Source: an uncultured Patescibacteria group bacterium (GTDB lineage Bacteria > Patescibacteriota > Patescibacteriia > Veblenbacterales > UBA10138). Taken from it: 64,000 nucleotides of DNA. Location: the NCBI GenBank assembly GCA_937929825.1, contig CALFUV010000008.1:11838-75837 (forward strand), written 5' to 3'. Positions 21,839 to 32,106 of this stretch are shown here, piece by piece (positions within the stretch are counted from its first letter, which is position 1; each line of letters starts with the position of its first letter). Position numbers and translations under genes: made by a program. Below the pieces are notes generated by a model. That model was not told the origin of the DNA. It made no database searches and saw only the letters and a list, made by a program, of their open reading frames with translations.

Positions 21839-23077
21839 ATGCCAATCAAAATACGTAAACATAAATTAGGTAAAGTTAAAAAGCTAGTTAGAAAATCGGC
21901 GGTTAAAAAAAAGTCCAGTCTTCGGAAACTAAAACCGAAAGCACGACTTAAGGCTAAAGCCAAGTTGGTTAAAAAGACTAAAATTGTTATTAGACCCAAT
22001 GAAATTGAGGCTCAGAATCTTATTAAAAAAGGACGCCAACGCGGTTTTGTTACTGAAGATGAGGTTTTAGCTGTTTTTTCGGAAGCCGAAGAGTATTTGG
22101 GTTTATATGATGAATTCTTGGATGATTTGGAAAAAAATGGCATTCAGCTGATTGAAACTGAGGGTAGTATTTTGGATATGACTGCCAAAAAAGATGAATT
22201 ATTGCAAAAAGCTAATTTACCCACTGATCGTAAACCTTTTGATCTTACAGAAATTTCAGCCGATTCGATTCAAATGTATTTGCGGGAAATAGGCAAGGTG
22301 CCGCTCTTAAAACCTGAAGAGGAAATAGCCTTAGCTAAACGCAAAGAAAAAGGTGATGTGGAAGCTAAACGCCGTTTGATTGAAGCTAATCTTCGTTTAG
22401 TGGTTTCTATTGCTAAAAAATTTACTGGTAAATCATTATCTTTGCTTGACCTTATTCAAGAAGGTAACATCGGTATGTTCCGGGCTGTAGAAAAATTTGA
22501 TTACCGAAAAGGTTATAAATTTTCTACCTATGCTACTTGGTGGATTCGACAAGCTATTACCCGGGCTTTAGCTGACCAATCACGTACCATTCGTATTCCA
22601 GTACATATGGTGGAAACAATAAATCGATTTCAGCAAGTTGAGCGACAGCTTATTCAGGATTTAGGTCGAGAGCCATTACCCGAAGAAATTGCAGCTGAAA
22701 TGGGTGAGCCGGTGGAAAAGATTCATCATATTATAAAAATCTCCCAAGAAACCATTTCTTTGGAAACCAGTGTAGGTGAAGATGAGGAAGATAGCACTTT
22801 AGGTGATTTTATTGAAGATATTAAAACAGTTAGTCCGGATAGAGTCGCGGCCATGCAGCTGTTGCGTGATCATGTGCGTGATATTGTGAGTGAATTAACG
22901 CCACGCGAACAAAAGATTTTGGAAATGCGTTTTGGTTTACAAGATGGCGTTTCACATACTTTAGAAGAAGTGGGGCAGGAATTCGGTGTTACCCGTGAAC
23001 GTATTCGTCAAATTGAGGCTAAAGCCTTAGAAAAAATTCAAAATCATTTAAATATGCGAAAACTTAAGGATTATTAA
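21839..23077 (+). CDS. rpoD: Primary sigma factor RpoD with Lys-rich N-terminal extension
   Basis: [46 protein letters not shown]; downstream of dnaG. Confidence 0.96.
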   Translation: MPIKIRKHKLGKVKKLVRKSAVKKKSSLRKLKPKARLKAKAKLVKKTKIVIRPNEIEAQNLIKKGRQRGFVTEDEVLAVFSEAEEYLGLYDEFLDDLEKNGIQLIETEGSILDMTAKKDELLQKANLPTDRKPFDLTEISADSIQMYLREIGKVPLLKPEEEIALAKRKEKGDVEAKRRLIEANLRLVVSIAKKFTGKSLSLLDLIQEGNIGMFRAVEKFDYRKGYKFSTYATWWIRQAITRALADQSRTIRIPVHMVETINRFQQVERQLIQDLGREPLPEEIAAEMGEPVEKIHHIIKISQETISLETSVGEDEEDSTLGDFIEDIKTVSPDRVAAMQLLRDHVRDIVSELTPREQKILEMRFGLQDGVSHTLEEVGQEFGVTRERIRQIEAKALEKIQNHLNMRKLKDY

Positions 23078-23152
23078 ACTTGATTTACTTTTATATTTTA
23101 GTTATCATGATTTAGCCATTATTTATTCTATATTATTAAAATAATTAAATAT

Positions 23153-23227
23153 TCCGGGGTAGCTCAGCGGTAGAGCAGGTGCCTGTTAAGCACTTGGCCG
23201 TGGGTTCGATCCCCACCCCCGGAGCCA
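23153..23227 (+). tRNA. tRNA-Asn(GTT)
   Basis: TCCGGGG acceptor, GGTGC-CTGTTAA-GCACT anticodon arm, GGTTCGATCCC, GCCA end. Confidence 0.96.
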
Positions 23228-23267
23228 TAATAAAAATCATCAACAATCGCGTTGATGATTTTTATTA
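23228..23267 (+). terminator. Terminator after tRNA-Asn
   Basis: TAATAAAAATCATCAAC / GTTGATGATTTTTATTA 17-bp stem. Confidence 0.75.
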
Positions 23268-23504
23268 TCACATCATGAGATTTGATGGAGGTCGAAGGCA
23301 ACTCGACTAATTGTCTGTGGCAGTCACAGGGTGAGTACAGGTGAAGATTATTTTTATTTCCGGAGATATGAAAAAATATTTTGACCTTTTATAAAAAATT
23401 TTAAGTATAAATTTTGTATTTTTATTGTATAAGTATATTATATACTTATACTTAATAAGTAGAGTTTGACTTGTTATTTTAAATGAAGCTTTTGTTTGTA
23501 TATT

Positions 23505-24263
23505 ATGTATTCTCCCAAAATTGTAGTAGTATTGCCTGCTTATAACGCAGCTAAAACCTTACAGAAAACATTAGATGATATACCACGTGATTTGGTGAAT
23601 GATATAATTTTGGTTGATGACGCCTCAACCGATGGTACAGCTGAACTAGCTCGTTCTTTAGGTTTAAAAACATTTGTTCATAAGAAAAATAAGGGTTATG
23701 GAGCAAATCAGAAAACCTGTTACCGGGAAGCATTAGCTATAGGGGCTGATATAATTATTATGGTTCATCCAGATCATCAATATGACCCTCGTTACATACC
23801 CCAGATAGTAGAACCCATCTTAAGAGGTGAAGCTGAAGCAGTTTTTGGTTCTCGTATGATGGTAGCTGGGTGGGCACTACAGGGCGGTATGCCTTATTGG
23901 AAGTATATTGCTAATAAAGTATTAACGATTTTTGAGAATATGATTTTAGGGACAAAATTAACTGAATTTCATTCTGGATTTAGAGCCTACAGTAGTCGTG
24001 CTTTAACTGCCATTCCTTTAGAATGTAATTCAGACAGTTTTGTTTTTGATACGGAAATCATAGTTCAATTAGTTTTGGGTGGTTATACTCTAAAAGAGGT
24101 GCCTATTGCCACTCGTTATTTTAAAGATGCCTCCAGTATTAGTTTTTTGGCCAGTGTGTGTTATGGTTTAGATATAATTGTTGTTATGTGTCGTTATATA
24201 ATTCATCGTTGGGGTATAAGACGATTTCCACAATTTTCTCTTTATGATAACTACAAGCGGTAA
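23505..24263 (+). CDS. GT2 glycosyltransferase (polyprenol-phosphate glycosyltransferase/DPM1-like)
   Basis: VLPAYNA, LVDDASTD, NKGYGANQK, HPDHQYDP, VFGSR, SGFRAY. Confidence 0.92.
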   Translation: MYSPKIVVVLPAYNAAKTLQKTLDDIPRDLVNDIILVDDASTDGTAELARSLGLKTFVHKKNKGYGANQKTCYREALAIGADIIIMVHPDHQYDPRYIPQIVEPILRGEAEAVFGSRMMVAGWALQGGMPYWKYIANKVLTIFENMILGTKLTEFHSGFRAYSSRALTAIPLECNSDSFVFDTEIIVQLVLGGYTLKEVPIATRYFKDASSISFLASVCYGLDIIVVMCRYIIHRWGIRRFPQFSLYDNYKR

Positions 24264-25554
24264 AATATCATTTGATACAGTTTTATTATTTACCTTATCT
24301 TTTTATTGGCTTTTAACCCCGCCAATTAATAGTAGACAGCCGTTATTATTAATAGTGAGTTTTGTTCTTTTTTGTTTTTTATTTGCTTATTTAGCAGTTG
24401 ATTTATCTTCTAAGTTAGTTGAAAAGGATTATAATCATTTTCTGAAGATTGGTATAATTTTTGCAATTTTAACCACACTGGTACTAAATTTATTTTTTTC
24501 TACCATTTATGTGCGTTATAAAACAGGATCTGTTGATTATGTACACGATAATCCGATTCAAATAGAAGAGGCAGTTAAATTTTTATTACAAGGAAAAAAT
24601 CCTTATCGGGAAAATTATTTTTCTACACCTCTTAAGGATTGGCATTATGATATAGGTATAGAGGATTATAATATTAATCCGGCTTTGTATCATGTAATAG
24701 CTCTGCCAGCGCATCTTGTACTATCAATTCCTTTTTATGTGGCTAGTTATAGCCTGATTGGTTGGTATGATCAACGTTTTATGTATTTACTAGCTTGGTT
24801 GATTCTTTTAGTTTTGGTTTATCTAATTCCTCGTGATCTGCAAATCAAGTTAGTAGGTGTGATATTATTGGCTTTTAATCCAATTGCCACAATATTTTTT
24901 ATAAATGGCCGTAACGATGTTTTAGTTTTGGCTATGCTGACAGCTGTATTTTTTTTGGCTAATAAGGGCAGGTGGATCTGGTCGGCAATTATTATGGGTG
25001 TGGCAGTAGCTACCAAACACACATCTTGGTTTGTATTGCCTTTTCTTTTTCTCTACCATTATTACTCATTAACATCTTCTTCAGCTATTGAGAAGCTTAA
25101 ACAAACCAGCAAAATAGTTTTTATTACTGGTATGGTAGCGGCTATATTTATTTTACCTTTTTTGTTTTGGGACAGCTCAGCTTTTATTGATGATGTTTAT
25201 TATTATCCAGCCGGTAACCTTGTTACCAGTTATCCTATTTATGGTTACGGTTTTTCGCCGTTTATTTATTATTCAGGTATTGTTGATTCGCGGCTTGATT
25301 ATTTCCCTTTTTGGATACCACAAATTTTGATTAGCTTGCCCTTATTATGGTTTTTGGTGCGGCGGCAAAAAAAATATAATACTTTAGCCAATACTTTATT
25401 ACATTACGCAGTTTTTTTGTTAGTATTTTTATATTTCTCCAGATTTTTTATGGATAATTATATTGTTTATTTGACCCAAGTATTGTTACTAGCCTATTTA
25501 TTTGCTTTGAATAATAAACCAAATGAATATGGCAGAGAGGATAATAAATTATGA
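24244..25554 (+). CDS. GT-C fold membrane glycosyltransferase (GT87-like)
   Basis: Multi-TM; GKNPY, GRND and A..TK motifs; follows the GT2 gene. Confidence 0.72.
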   Translation: MITTSGKISFDTVLLFTLSFYWLLTPPINSRQPLLLIVSFVLFCFLFAYLAVDLSSKLVEKDYNHFLKIGIIFAILTTLVLNLFFSTIYVRYKTGSVDYVHDNPIQIEEAVKFLLQGKNPYRENYFSTPLKDWHYDIGIEDYNINPALYHVIALPAHLVLSIPFYVASYSLIGWYDQRFMYLLAWLILLVLVYLIPRDLQIKLVGVILLAFNPIATIFFINGRNDVLVLAMLTAVFFLANKGRWIWSAIIMGVAVATKHTSWFVLPFLFLYHYYSLTSSSAIEKLKQTSKIVFITGMVAAIFILPFLFWDSSAFIDDVYYYPAGNLVTSYPIYGYGFSPFIYYSGIVDSRLDYFPFWIPQILISLPLLWFLVRRQKKYNTLANTLLHYAVFLLVFLYFSRFFMDNYIVYLTQVLLLAYLFALNNKPNEYGREDNKL

Positions 25555-26444
25555 CAATGCCTTGTACTTATTGTGGCCATATTTCCCGATTACGTTATGA
25601 AGGAAATGTTACTAGTCAAGAATTTTTTCTCAAATCAGGTCAGTATGCCATTACTGATACCACTGGCTTTAAAAAATTAGATGTTTACGAATGTGATTAT
25701 TGTCAGTTAGCGTTTTCTCCTATTAGTATAAAACAAAGTGATTTAGATATTTTTTATAAAGCACAAAAGAGAGATGATTTATATTTATTAGAAAAAGTTG
25801 GTCGGTTGAAAACAGCACGTCGTTTATTAATAAAGGCGGGTAGATTAGCCATTAGATCAAATGGTAAATTGTATGATTATGGTTCTGGCCCCGGGTTTTT
25901 ATTGGCAGAAGCAAAAAAGATGGGATGGAAAGTAGCTGGAGCAGAAATTTCACCTTGGGCTAAAGATTATGCCAAGCTGGAGTTTGGTTTAGAATTAGAT
26001 GAACCAGAATCTTTAGAATTATTACCCGACGAGTCATTAGATTTTATAACTCTTTGTGATGTTTTAGAACATTTATTAGATCCGGTATCATTATTAAAAA
26101 TAGTAAAAAATAAAATTAAACAAGATGGCTTAGTAATAATAACAGTCCCTAGATATGACTCTTGGCTTCGTAAGTTGTTGGGAAAAAATTGGCATGCTAT
26201 GTTTCCAGCACATTTAACTTATTTTACTTATGAAGGATTAAAGAAAATGTTAGATCAGAAAGGATTGGAAATTATTTATAAAAGAAGCCATTTGGTTTAT
26301 TTTTCACTAAGTTATTTATGGTGTCGCATTGTTTGTATATTTGGTGGCAAACCGGTTTATAAACAAGGCTTGTTATCAAGGTTATTAATTCCTATTAATT
26401 TAGGTGATGAATTAGAAATTTATGCTCGCCGAAAGGTAAATTGA
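25551..26444 (+). CDS. Class I SAM-dependent methyltransferase with N-terminal zinc ribbon
   Basis: CTYC/CDYC, DYGSGPG, DVLEHL.DP, HLTYF. Confidence 0.88.
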   Translation: MTMPCTYCGHISRLRYEGNVTSQEFFLKSGQYAITDTTGFKKLDVYECDYCQLAFSPISIKQSDLDIFYKAQKRDDLYLLEKVGRLKTARRLLIKAGRLAIRSNGKLYDYGSGPGFLLAEAKKMGWKVAGAEISPWAKDYAKLEFGLELDEPESLELLPDESLDFITLCDVLEHLLDPVSLLKIVKNKIKQDGLVIITVPRYDSWLRKLLGKNWHAMFPAHLTYFTYEGLKKMLDQKGLEIIYKRSHLVYFSLSYLWCRIVCIFGGKPVYKQGLLSRLLIPINLGDELEIYARRKVN

Positions 26445-26613
26445 GTTTATATTTCTTCAAATTATTAATATTGAAATATAAATTTTAAGATTTATTATTT
26501 CATCAAGATTTGTGAATAATAAAATTACCCTAAGAAGTTGTTTATTGTATTATCAGTTATATAATTGAAATATTGTTGTAATTTTAATAAAAAGATAAAA
26601 TGATTGTATAAAG

Positions 26614-27615
26614 ATGAAAAATCATAATCCTAATCAATACCCACACGAATCTGCTGGCCGGATTTTGACAATTAAAGTACCCGCTGTAAACGAATTGGCT
26701 AAAGTAGGTGATATAGAATCAATGTTGACAAAAAATAGCAGCGATTTTGATAGTATTGATTATGTTTATGTTTTAGGCAACCACGGGGAGTTAAAAGGAG
26801 TAGTTTCGGTACGAGAAGTATTTCAGCAAGAGTCAGATGTTTTGGTTAGTAAAGTAATGTCACCGGCTTCAGTAACAGTTAGGCCATATACAGATCAAGA
26901 GCGGGTGGCCTTATTAGCTTTAAGGCATTCTTTAAAAGCTGTACCAGTAGTAGATAAAGACAATTTTTTTATAGGTATTGTGCCCCATAACGCTATTTTG
27001 AAGATATTAGATCAGGAAGCAGTGGAGGATATCTTACGTTTAGGCGGCGTCTATCAAGGTAAAGCTGAATTAACTAGTTACGATAGGGTTTTAGAGTTAC
27101 CCATAACCAAATCATTAAAACATCGCTTACCCTGGTTGATTTTAGGATTGATTGGTGGATTTGTAGCCGCGGCTATAATTGGCGTATTTGAACATACTTT
27201 ATCTCAAAACTTGACTCTAGCCGCCTTTATTCCCTTAGTGGTTTATATGGCGAATGCTGTTGGTATACAAACTGAAGCTTTTATCATACGTGAATTGGCA
27301 GTTAATCCGACTTTAGTTTTTAAAAAATATTTTCAAAGACAGTTTGTTGTAGTGGCATTAATCGGGTTTACTATGAGCTTTTTGCTTTATTTTGTAAGTT
27401 TATTTATTTATCATCAAACACAGTTAAGTTTTGTTTTGGGAACATCACTTTTTATAGCCACACTCACCTCAATTATTACTGGTTTAATAATTCCTTATAC
27501 TTTTAGTCGTTTAAAACAAGATCCGGCTAATGCCAGTGGCCCTATAGCTACAATTTTGCAGGATATTATTAGTGTAATAGTGTATTTCGGCGTAGCAAAG
27601 TTACTTTTATCTTGA
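26614..27615 (+). CDS. mgtE: Magnesium transporter MgtE (CBS pair plus TM domain)
   Basis: ESAGRI, CBS domains, RLPWL, AAFIPLV, DPANASGPIATILQD. Confidence 0.9.
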   Translation: MKNHNPNQYPHESAGRILTIKVPAVNELAKVGDIESMLTKNSSDFDSIDYVYVLGNHGELKGVVSVREVFQQESDVLVSKVMSPASVTVRPYTDQERVALLALRHSLKAVPVVDKDNFFIGIVPHNAILKILDQEAVEDILRLGGVYQGKAELTSYDRVLELPITKSLKHRLPWLILGLIGGFVAAAIIGVFEHTLSQNLTLAAFIPLVVYMANAVGIQTEAFIIRELAVNPTLVFKKYFQRQFVVVALIGFTMSFLLYFVSLFIYHQTQLSFVLGTSLFIATLTSIITGLIIPYTFSRLKQDPANASGPIATILQDIISVIVYFGVAKLLLS

Positions 27616-27634
27616 GTACTTAATCTTTAGGCTC

Positions 27635-27680
27635 TTGACATGTTTTTGGATTTTGCTATCATATGAATATATGTTCATAT
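27635..27680 (+). promoter_or_regulatory. Promoter and ArsR/SmtB-type operator overlapping the arsR start codon
   Basis: TTGACA (27635), TG-c-TATCAT (27654-27662), inverted repeat ATATGAA-N6-TTCATAT (27661-27680), similar to SmtB/CzrA boxes. Confidence 0.8.
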
Positions 27681-28003
27681 ATAAACGTTGCCATTGTTCG
27701 CTTAAGCCACCAAAACAACGGATTAGTCTAGCCAAACTACAGGAGCACAGTAAGCTTTTAAAGATTATTACCGTGCCTAGGCGTATGCAACTATTGTTGC
27801 TCTTGGCACAAAAAGCCCACTGCGTTTGCGATTTGATGGAGCATACTGGCATGTCGCAAACATTGGTTTCTCATCATGTAACAGATATGGCTAAAGCTGG
27901 TTTACTTGTGGGACAGCGTAATAGTAAATATGTTGATTATCATCTTACTCCTAAAGGTAAAATAATAATTAGACATTTAATTAATTGTTTAAAAAAAATA
28001 TGA
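27671..28003 (+). CDS. arsR: ArsR/SmtB-family metalloregulator
   Basis: HCVCDL metal-site motif, SQTLVSHH, wHTH; ATG at 27671. Confidence 0.88.
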   Translation: MFIYKRCHCSLKPPKQRISLAKLQEHSKLLKIITVPRRMQLLLLLAQKAHCVCDLMEHTGMSQTLVSHHVTDMAKAGLLVGQRNSKYVDYHLTPKGKIIIRHLINCLKKI

Positions 28004-28236
28004 AAATAACTATATTTGGCACCGGATGCCCTAAATGTATAATGTTGGAAAATTTAGCTAAACAAGCTGTAGCTGAGCTTAATTTAGCCGAAGCTACGGT
28101 TGAGCATGAATATGATATTGAACGGATTATAGAGGAAGGAATTATGAGTACGCCAGCACTCAAAATTGATGGCAGTATTATGTGCGCTGGTAGGCTGCCT
28201 AGTTTAGATGAACTTAAAAGTTGGTTAAAAAATTAA
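28000..28236 (+). CDS. Small thioredoxin-like redox disulfide protein (MTH895/ArsE family)
   Basis: GTGCPKC, GIMSTPALKIDG; ATGA overlap with the arsR stop. Confidence 0.88.
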   Translation: MKITIFGTGCPKCIMLENLAKQAVAELNLAEATVEHEYDIERIIEEGIMSTPALKIDGSIMCAGRLPSLDELKSWLKN

Positions 28237-28240
28237 GAAT

Positions 28241-29359
28241 ATGACCGAACGAACTAAATTCAGCCTTATTATTGGCGTTTTTCTAGTATTGTATTTTATC
28301 CCCGTAGATTTAACGGCTTTAGGTCAGGGTTTTATTTCTGGGGTGACCTTATTGCAAGAATATGCGCGTCAACACGTGCTCACTTGTTTGGTGCCGGCCT
28401 TCTTCATTGCTGGAGCGATAGCTGTTTTTGTAAAACAGGATTGGGTATTAAAATATTTGAGCGGTAAGGATAAGCCTTGGCGAGCTTATACTTTAGCCTC
28501 TGTTTCAGGCGCTCTTTTGGCTGTATGTTCTTGCACTATTCTGCCATTGTTTGCCGGTATATGGAAACGTGGGGCCGGATTAGGGCCAGCTGTCACTTTT
28601 TTATTTTCCGGGCCGGCTATTAATGTAGGAGCTATATTTTTAACTGCTTCTGTGTTGGGTTTTCCTCTTGGCTTAGCGCGTGGTCTAGCCGCCATAGCAC
28701 TTTCAATTTTAATTGGATTTATTATGCATTGGTTTTTTAAAGGAGTTAATAGTATTAATTCTCAGCAGACGTCAGTGATAACAGGAAGTGAATTGGTGGT
28801 AGTAAAAAAATCAGCACTTATTTTATTTTTTGGATCGCTAGTAGGTATATTGGTAGTTAATGGAATATCTTTTTTGCCGGTAGCAAAATACAGCCTGATT
28901 GGTTTTTTAGTAGCTGTGGTGATATGGGTAGCAATGTTTTCTTTTTCCCGAAACATTAGGCAGCAGTGGCTGCAAGAAACTTGGAGTTTAACTAAACTTT
29001 TAGCGCCAGTATTGTTTATAGGAGTATTTATTGTGGGATTTATCATGCCATTTTTGCCCGAAAGTTTAATATCTGATTTGGTAGGTAATAGTACACTAAG
29101 CGCCAATTTTATTGCCGGAGCCTTTGGTGTTTTAATGTATTTTTCTACCTTAACTGAGGTGCCAATCGTTCAGGCTCTAATGGCTAAGGGCATGGTTGCT
29201 GGCCCGGCCCTAACCTTGCTTTTGGCTGGACCAGCGTTAAGTTTACCCAGTATGTTAGTGATAAGAAAAGTTTTAGGGAATACCAAAACAGCGGTTTATG
29301 TAGGCCTAGCTCTATTCTTTTCATCTTTTGCCGGTTTTATTTATGGATTATTAGTTTAA
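28241..29359 (+). CDS. ArsP/DUF318-family permease
   Basis: HVLTCLVPAFFIAG, LAVCSCTILPLF, FLFSGPAIN, MYFSTLTEVP, GPALSLP. Confidence 0.88.
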   Translation: MTERTKFSLIIGVFLVLYFIPVDLTALGQGFISGVTLLQEYARQHVLTCLVPAFFIAGAIAVFVKQDWVLKYLSGKDKPWRAYTLASVSGALLAVCSCTILPLFAGIWKRGAGLGPAVTFLFSGPAINVGAIFLTASVLGFPLGLARGLAAIALSILIGFIMHWFFKGVNSINSQQTSVITGSELVVVKKSALILFFGSLVGILVVNGISFLPVAKYSLIGFLVAVVIWVAMFSFSRNIRQQWLQETWSLTKLLAPVLFIGVFIVGFIMPFLPESLISDLVGNSTLSANFIAGAFGVLMYFSTLTEVPIVQALMAKGMVAGPALTLLLAGPALSLPSMLVIRKVLGNTKTAVYVGLALFFSSFAGFIYGLLV

Positions 29360-29364
29360 AAAAT

Positions 29365-30690
29365 ATGCTCAAAAAAATAATATCAATAATATTTATTGCC
29401 ATTATTTTTTTTTCTCCCACCATAAACTCAGCTCAAAGTAGTGTGCCGGTCTATTTTTTTTGGGGAGATGGTTGTCCGCATTGTGTGGCGGCTAAACCTT
29501 TTTTACAGGAGTTGGAACGACAAAACCCCAGTGTTAAAGTATATTCTTTTGAAGTTTGGTACAGTACTGCTAATCGGAAATTATTAACAGATACAGCTAA
29601 AGAATTGAAAATAGATGTCAAGGGTGTGCCTTTTATTGTAGTGGGACAGGAATATGTAACTGGTTTTTATAATGCTGAAACCACAGGCAGACAAATACAA
29701 ACCTATGTGGAAAGATGTATGGCGGCTGGTTGTGTAGATATTGTTGGTCCACTGGCAGGACTTACGTCAGTCAAACCATTAGCACCAGAACCACCTATTG
29801 GTTCGGCTGATACTAAACCACAACCGGTAGAGCCGGTAGACACATTTATAGAAATAAATCCGCAGCCAGAGGAATCGGAATTATCAATTAAGACAGAGGA
29901 TCAGAGTAATATCGCAATAGAAGAAGATCTAAGTCCGATTCCGGAAAGTTTACGTTTACCTTTAGTGGGTGAGATTAAAACAAAACACTTATCATTGCCA
30001 TTACTAACCATTATTATTGCCGCGCTTGATGGTTTTAATCCATGTGCCATGTGGGTTTTGGTTTTTTTAATTGGTTTATTGTTGGGTGTAACTGATGTTA
30101 AACGGCGTTGGTTATTAGGCAGTACTTTCATAGTAGCCTCAGCCGCGGTCTATTTTGTTTTCCTGGCTGCCTGGCTTAACCTGATTCTTTTTATTGGCGC
30201 TATTTTAATAATAAGAATCATAATTGGTTTGGTAGCCATTGGTGGTGGAGCTTATAGTTTGCGGGAATATTTCCTAAAGCGGGATGAAACTTGCAAAGTA
30301 ACCGCGCCAGATAAGCGCCGGCGGGTTTTTGATCGCCTAAAGGCCATCAGCCAAGAAAAAAGATTATGGTTAGCTCTAGGTGGTATTATTCTCTTAGCTT
30401 TTGCCGTTAATTTGGTAGAGCTTATTTGTTCGGCTGGATTGCCGGCGGTTTATACACAGATATTAGCTTTGTCGCCCATGCCTCATTGGCAATATTATCT
30501 TTATCTTCTTCTCTACATATTTATTTTTATGCTGGATGATATGATAGTGTTTGCTGTGGCTATGGTCACTCTACAAATTACCGGTTTGACTACTAAATAT
30601 ACCCGTTGGGCTCATCTAATTGGTGGTATACTCATGGTTATAGTTGGCCTGCTACTCATATTTAAGCCTCAATGGTTGATGTTTGGTTAG
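29365..30690 (+). CDS. Extracellular glutaredoxin/thioredoxin domain fused to a DsbD/CcdA-like TM domain
   Basis: Signal peptide, GCPHC, Pro/Glu-rich linker, DGFNPCAMWVL, VELICSAG. Confidence 0.82.
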   Translation: MLKKIISIIFIAIIFFSPTINSAQSSVPVYFFWGDGCPHCVAAKPFLQELERQNPSVKVYSFEVWYSTANRKLLTDTAKELKIDVKGVPFIVVGQEYVTGFYNAETTGRQIQTYVERCMAAGCVDIVGPLAGLTSVKPLAPEPPIGSADTKPQPVEPVDTFIEINPQPEESELSIKTEDQSNIAIEEDLSPIPESLRLPLVGEIKTKHLSLPLLTIIIAALDGFNPCAMWVLVFLIGLLLGVTDVKRRWLLGSTFIVASAAVYFVFLAAWLNLILFIGAILIIRIIIGLVAIGGGAYSLREYFLKRDETCKVTAPDKRRRVFDRLKAISQEKRLWLALGGIILLAFAVNLVELICSAGLPAVYTQILALSPMPHWQYYLYLLLYIFIFMLDDMIVFAVAMVTLQITGLTTKYTRWAHLIGGILMVIVGLLLIFKPQWLMFG

Positions 30691-30706
30691 CTGATTACTT
30701 AATAAA

Positions 30707-31165
30707 ATGTCAATAAATTTTATAAGACACAATAAATTAATATTATTATTTTTAGCATTATTTTTATTAACAGGCTGTAGTCAAGTTCCTGTTGAAAACA
30801 GGGAAAATTTTTCAAGAGCAAACCAGCCACCTGATAAAATTGTGGTAGTACATTTTCATGGCACCCAGCAATGCTGGTCGTGTATTACCGTCGGCAAGTA
30901 CGCTCTTAAAACAATTAAAGAAAAATTTTCCGAAGAATACTCTAATGGTTTAATAGAGTTTAAGGATATAAATGGTGAATTACCAGCTAATAGGGATATA
31001 GTCATTAAATATCAAGCCCGTGGTTCTTCTTTATATGTGAACACAATAATCGCTGGCCAAGATAATATAAAAGAAGATGTTACTGTTTGGCGGCTAGTAA
31101 ATAATGAAAACCAATTTATTAGTTATTTTGAAGGTGTGCTGAAAAATTTATTAGCTAAAAAATAA
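30707..31165 (+). CDS. ArsF-family thioredoxin-like lipoprotein
   Basis: Lipobox LTGC; VVHFHGTQQCWSC motif; directly precedes an ArsG-like gene. Confidence 0.75.
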   Translation: MSINFIRHNKLILLFLALFLLTGCSQVPVENRENFSRANQPPDKIVVVHFHGTQQCWSCITVGKYALKTIKEKFSEEYSNGLIEFKDINGELPANRDIVIKYQARGSSLYVNTIIAGQDNIKEDVTVWRLVNNENQFISYFEGVLKNLLAKK

Positions 31166-31902
31166 TGTTTGATTATATTAATTATTTTATAGACAATTAC
31201 AACATTCCGGTACTAACCGCATTTTTATTGGGAATTTTAACTTCTATTGGTCCGTGTCCACTGGCAACGAATATTACAGCGATCGCTTATATTTCTAGAG
31301 ATATTAAGTCACCCAAATACATAATTATATCTGGTCTTTTTTATATTTTAGGCAGAGGCATAAGCTATGCTTTATTAGCTGCTCTTATTTACTTCGGACT
31401 TTCGTCATTTCAAATTTCAAGAATTTTTCAAGGCTGGGGTGATAAAGTTTTGGGCCCAGTACTGATTTTAATTGGTCTTATGATGTTTGGTGTTATCAAA
31501 ATCAATTTAAAAAATAACAGCCAAACAATTGAAAAAATAAAATTGTGGCTGTCGGACAAAGGATATTTAGGTTCGTTATCTTTGGGTATGCTATTTGCTC
31601 TCGCTTTCTGCCCATACAGTGGTGTATTGTTTTTTGGTGCATTTATGCCTTTGGTTTTAATTACTGCTGGGGGTCCAGCCCTTTCGTTATTTTTTGCTTT
31701 AGGTACCGGCCTGCCAGTTATAATTTTTTCTTTTTTATTAGCTTTTTCTTTGCACAAAGTTAGTAAAATATTTAAAGCTGTTCAAAAAATAGAAAAGATT
31801 ATGCGTTATACTGTAGCGACAGTTTTTGTTGGTGTAGGTTTTTATTATTTAGGCTATTTTATTAGCTATTTATTAAACCGATTTATCGGGCAAGATTATT
31901 AA
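31165..31902 (+). CDS. ArsG-family (DsbD-like) aminobenzylarsenical efflux permease
   Basis: TSIGPCPLATNITAIAYI and LFALAFCPYSG motifs. Confidence 0.8.
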   Translation: MFDYINYFIDNYNIPVLTAFLLGILTSIGPCPLATNITAIAYISRDIKSPKYIIISGLFYILGRGISYALLAALIYFGLSSFQISRIFQGWGDKVLGPVLILIGLMMFGVIKINLKNNSQTIEKIKLWLSDKGYLGSLSLGMLFALAFCPYSGVLFFGAFMPLVLITAGGPALSLFFALGTGLPVIIFSFLLAFSLHKVSKIFKAVQKIEKIMRYTVATVFVGVGFYYLGYFISYLLNRFIGQDY

Positions 31903-32106
31903 AATAAGCCAATCCGTGTTTAATCAGATTTTATTAATCATGAAGATAGTCTTTTTAATTGGTCGGCCGACTGGCGTTTTTATTTTTCATAATAACTTCT
32001 TATTTTTATTTATGTTATTTTAGTTTTTTTATTCTAAGACATTTACTAGTTATACCAAGATTATTTAAACATTATCAATAAATTAATTTGCTATAATAAA
32101 AAGGCT

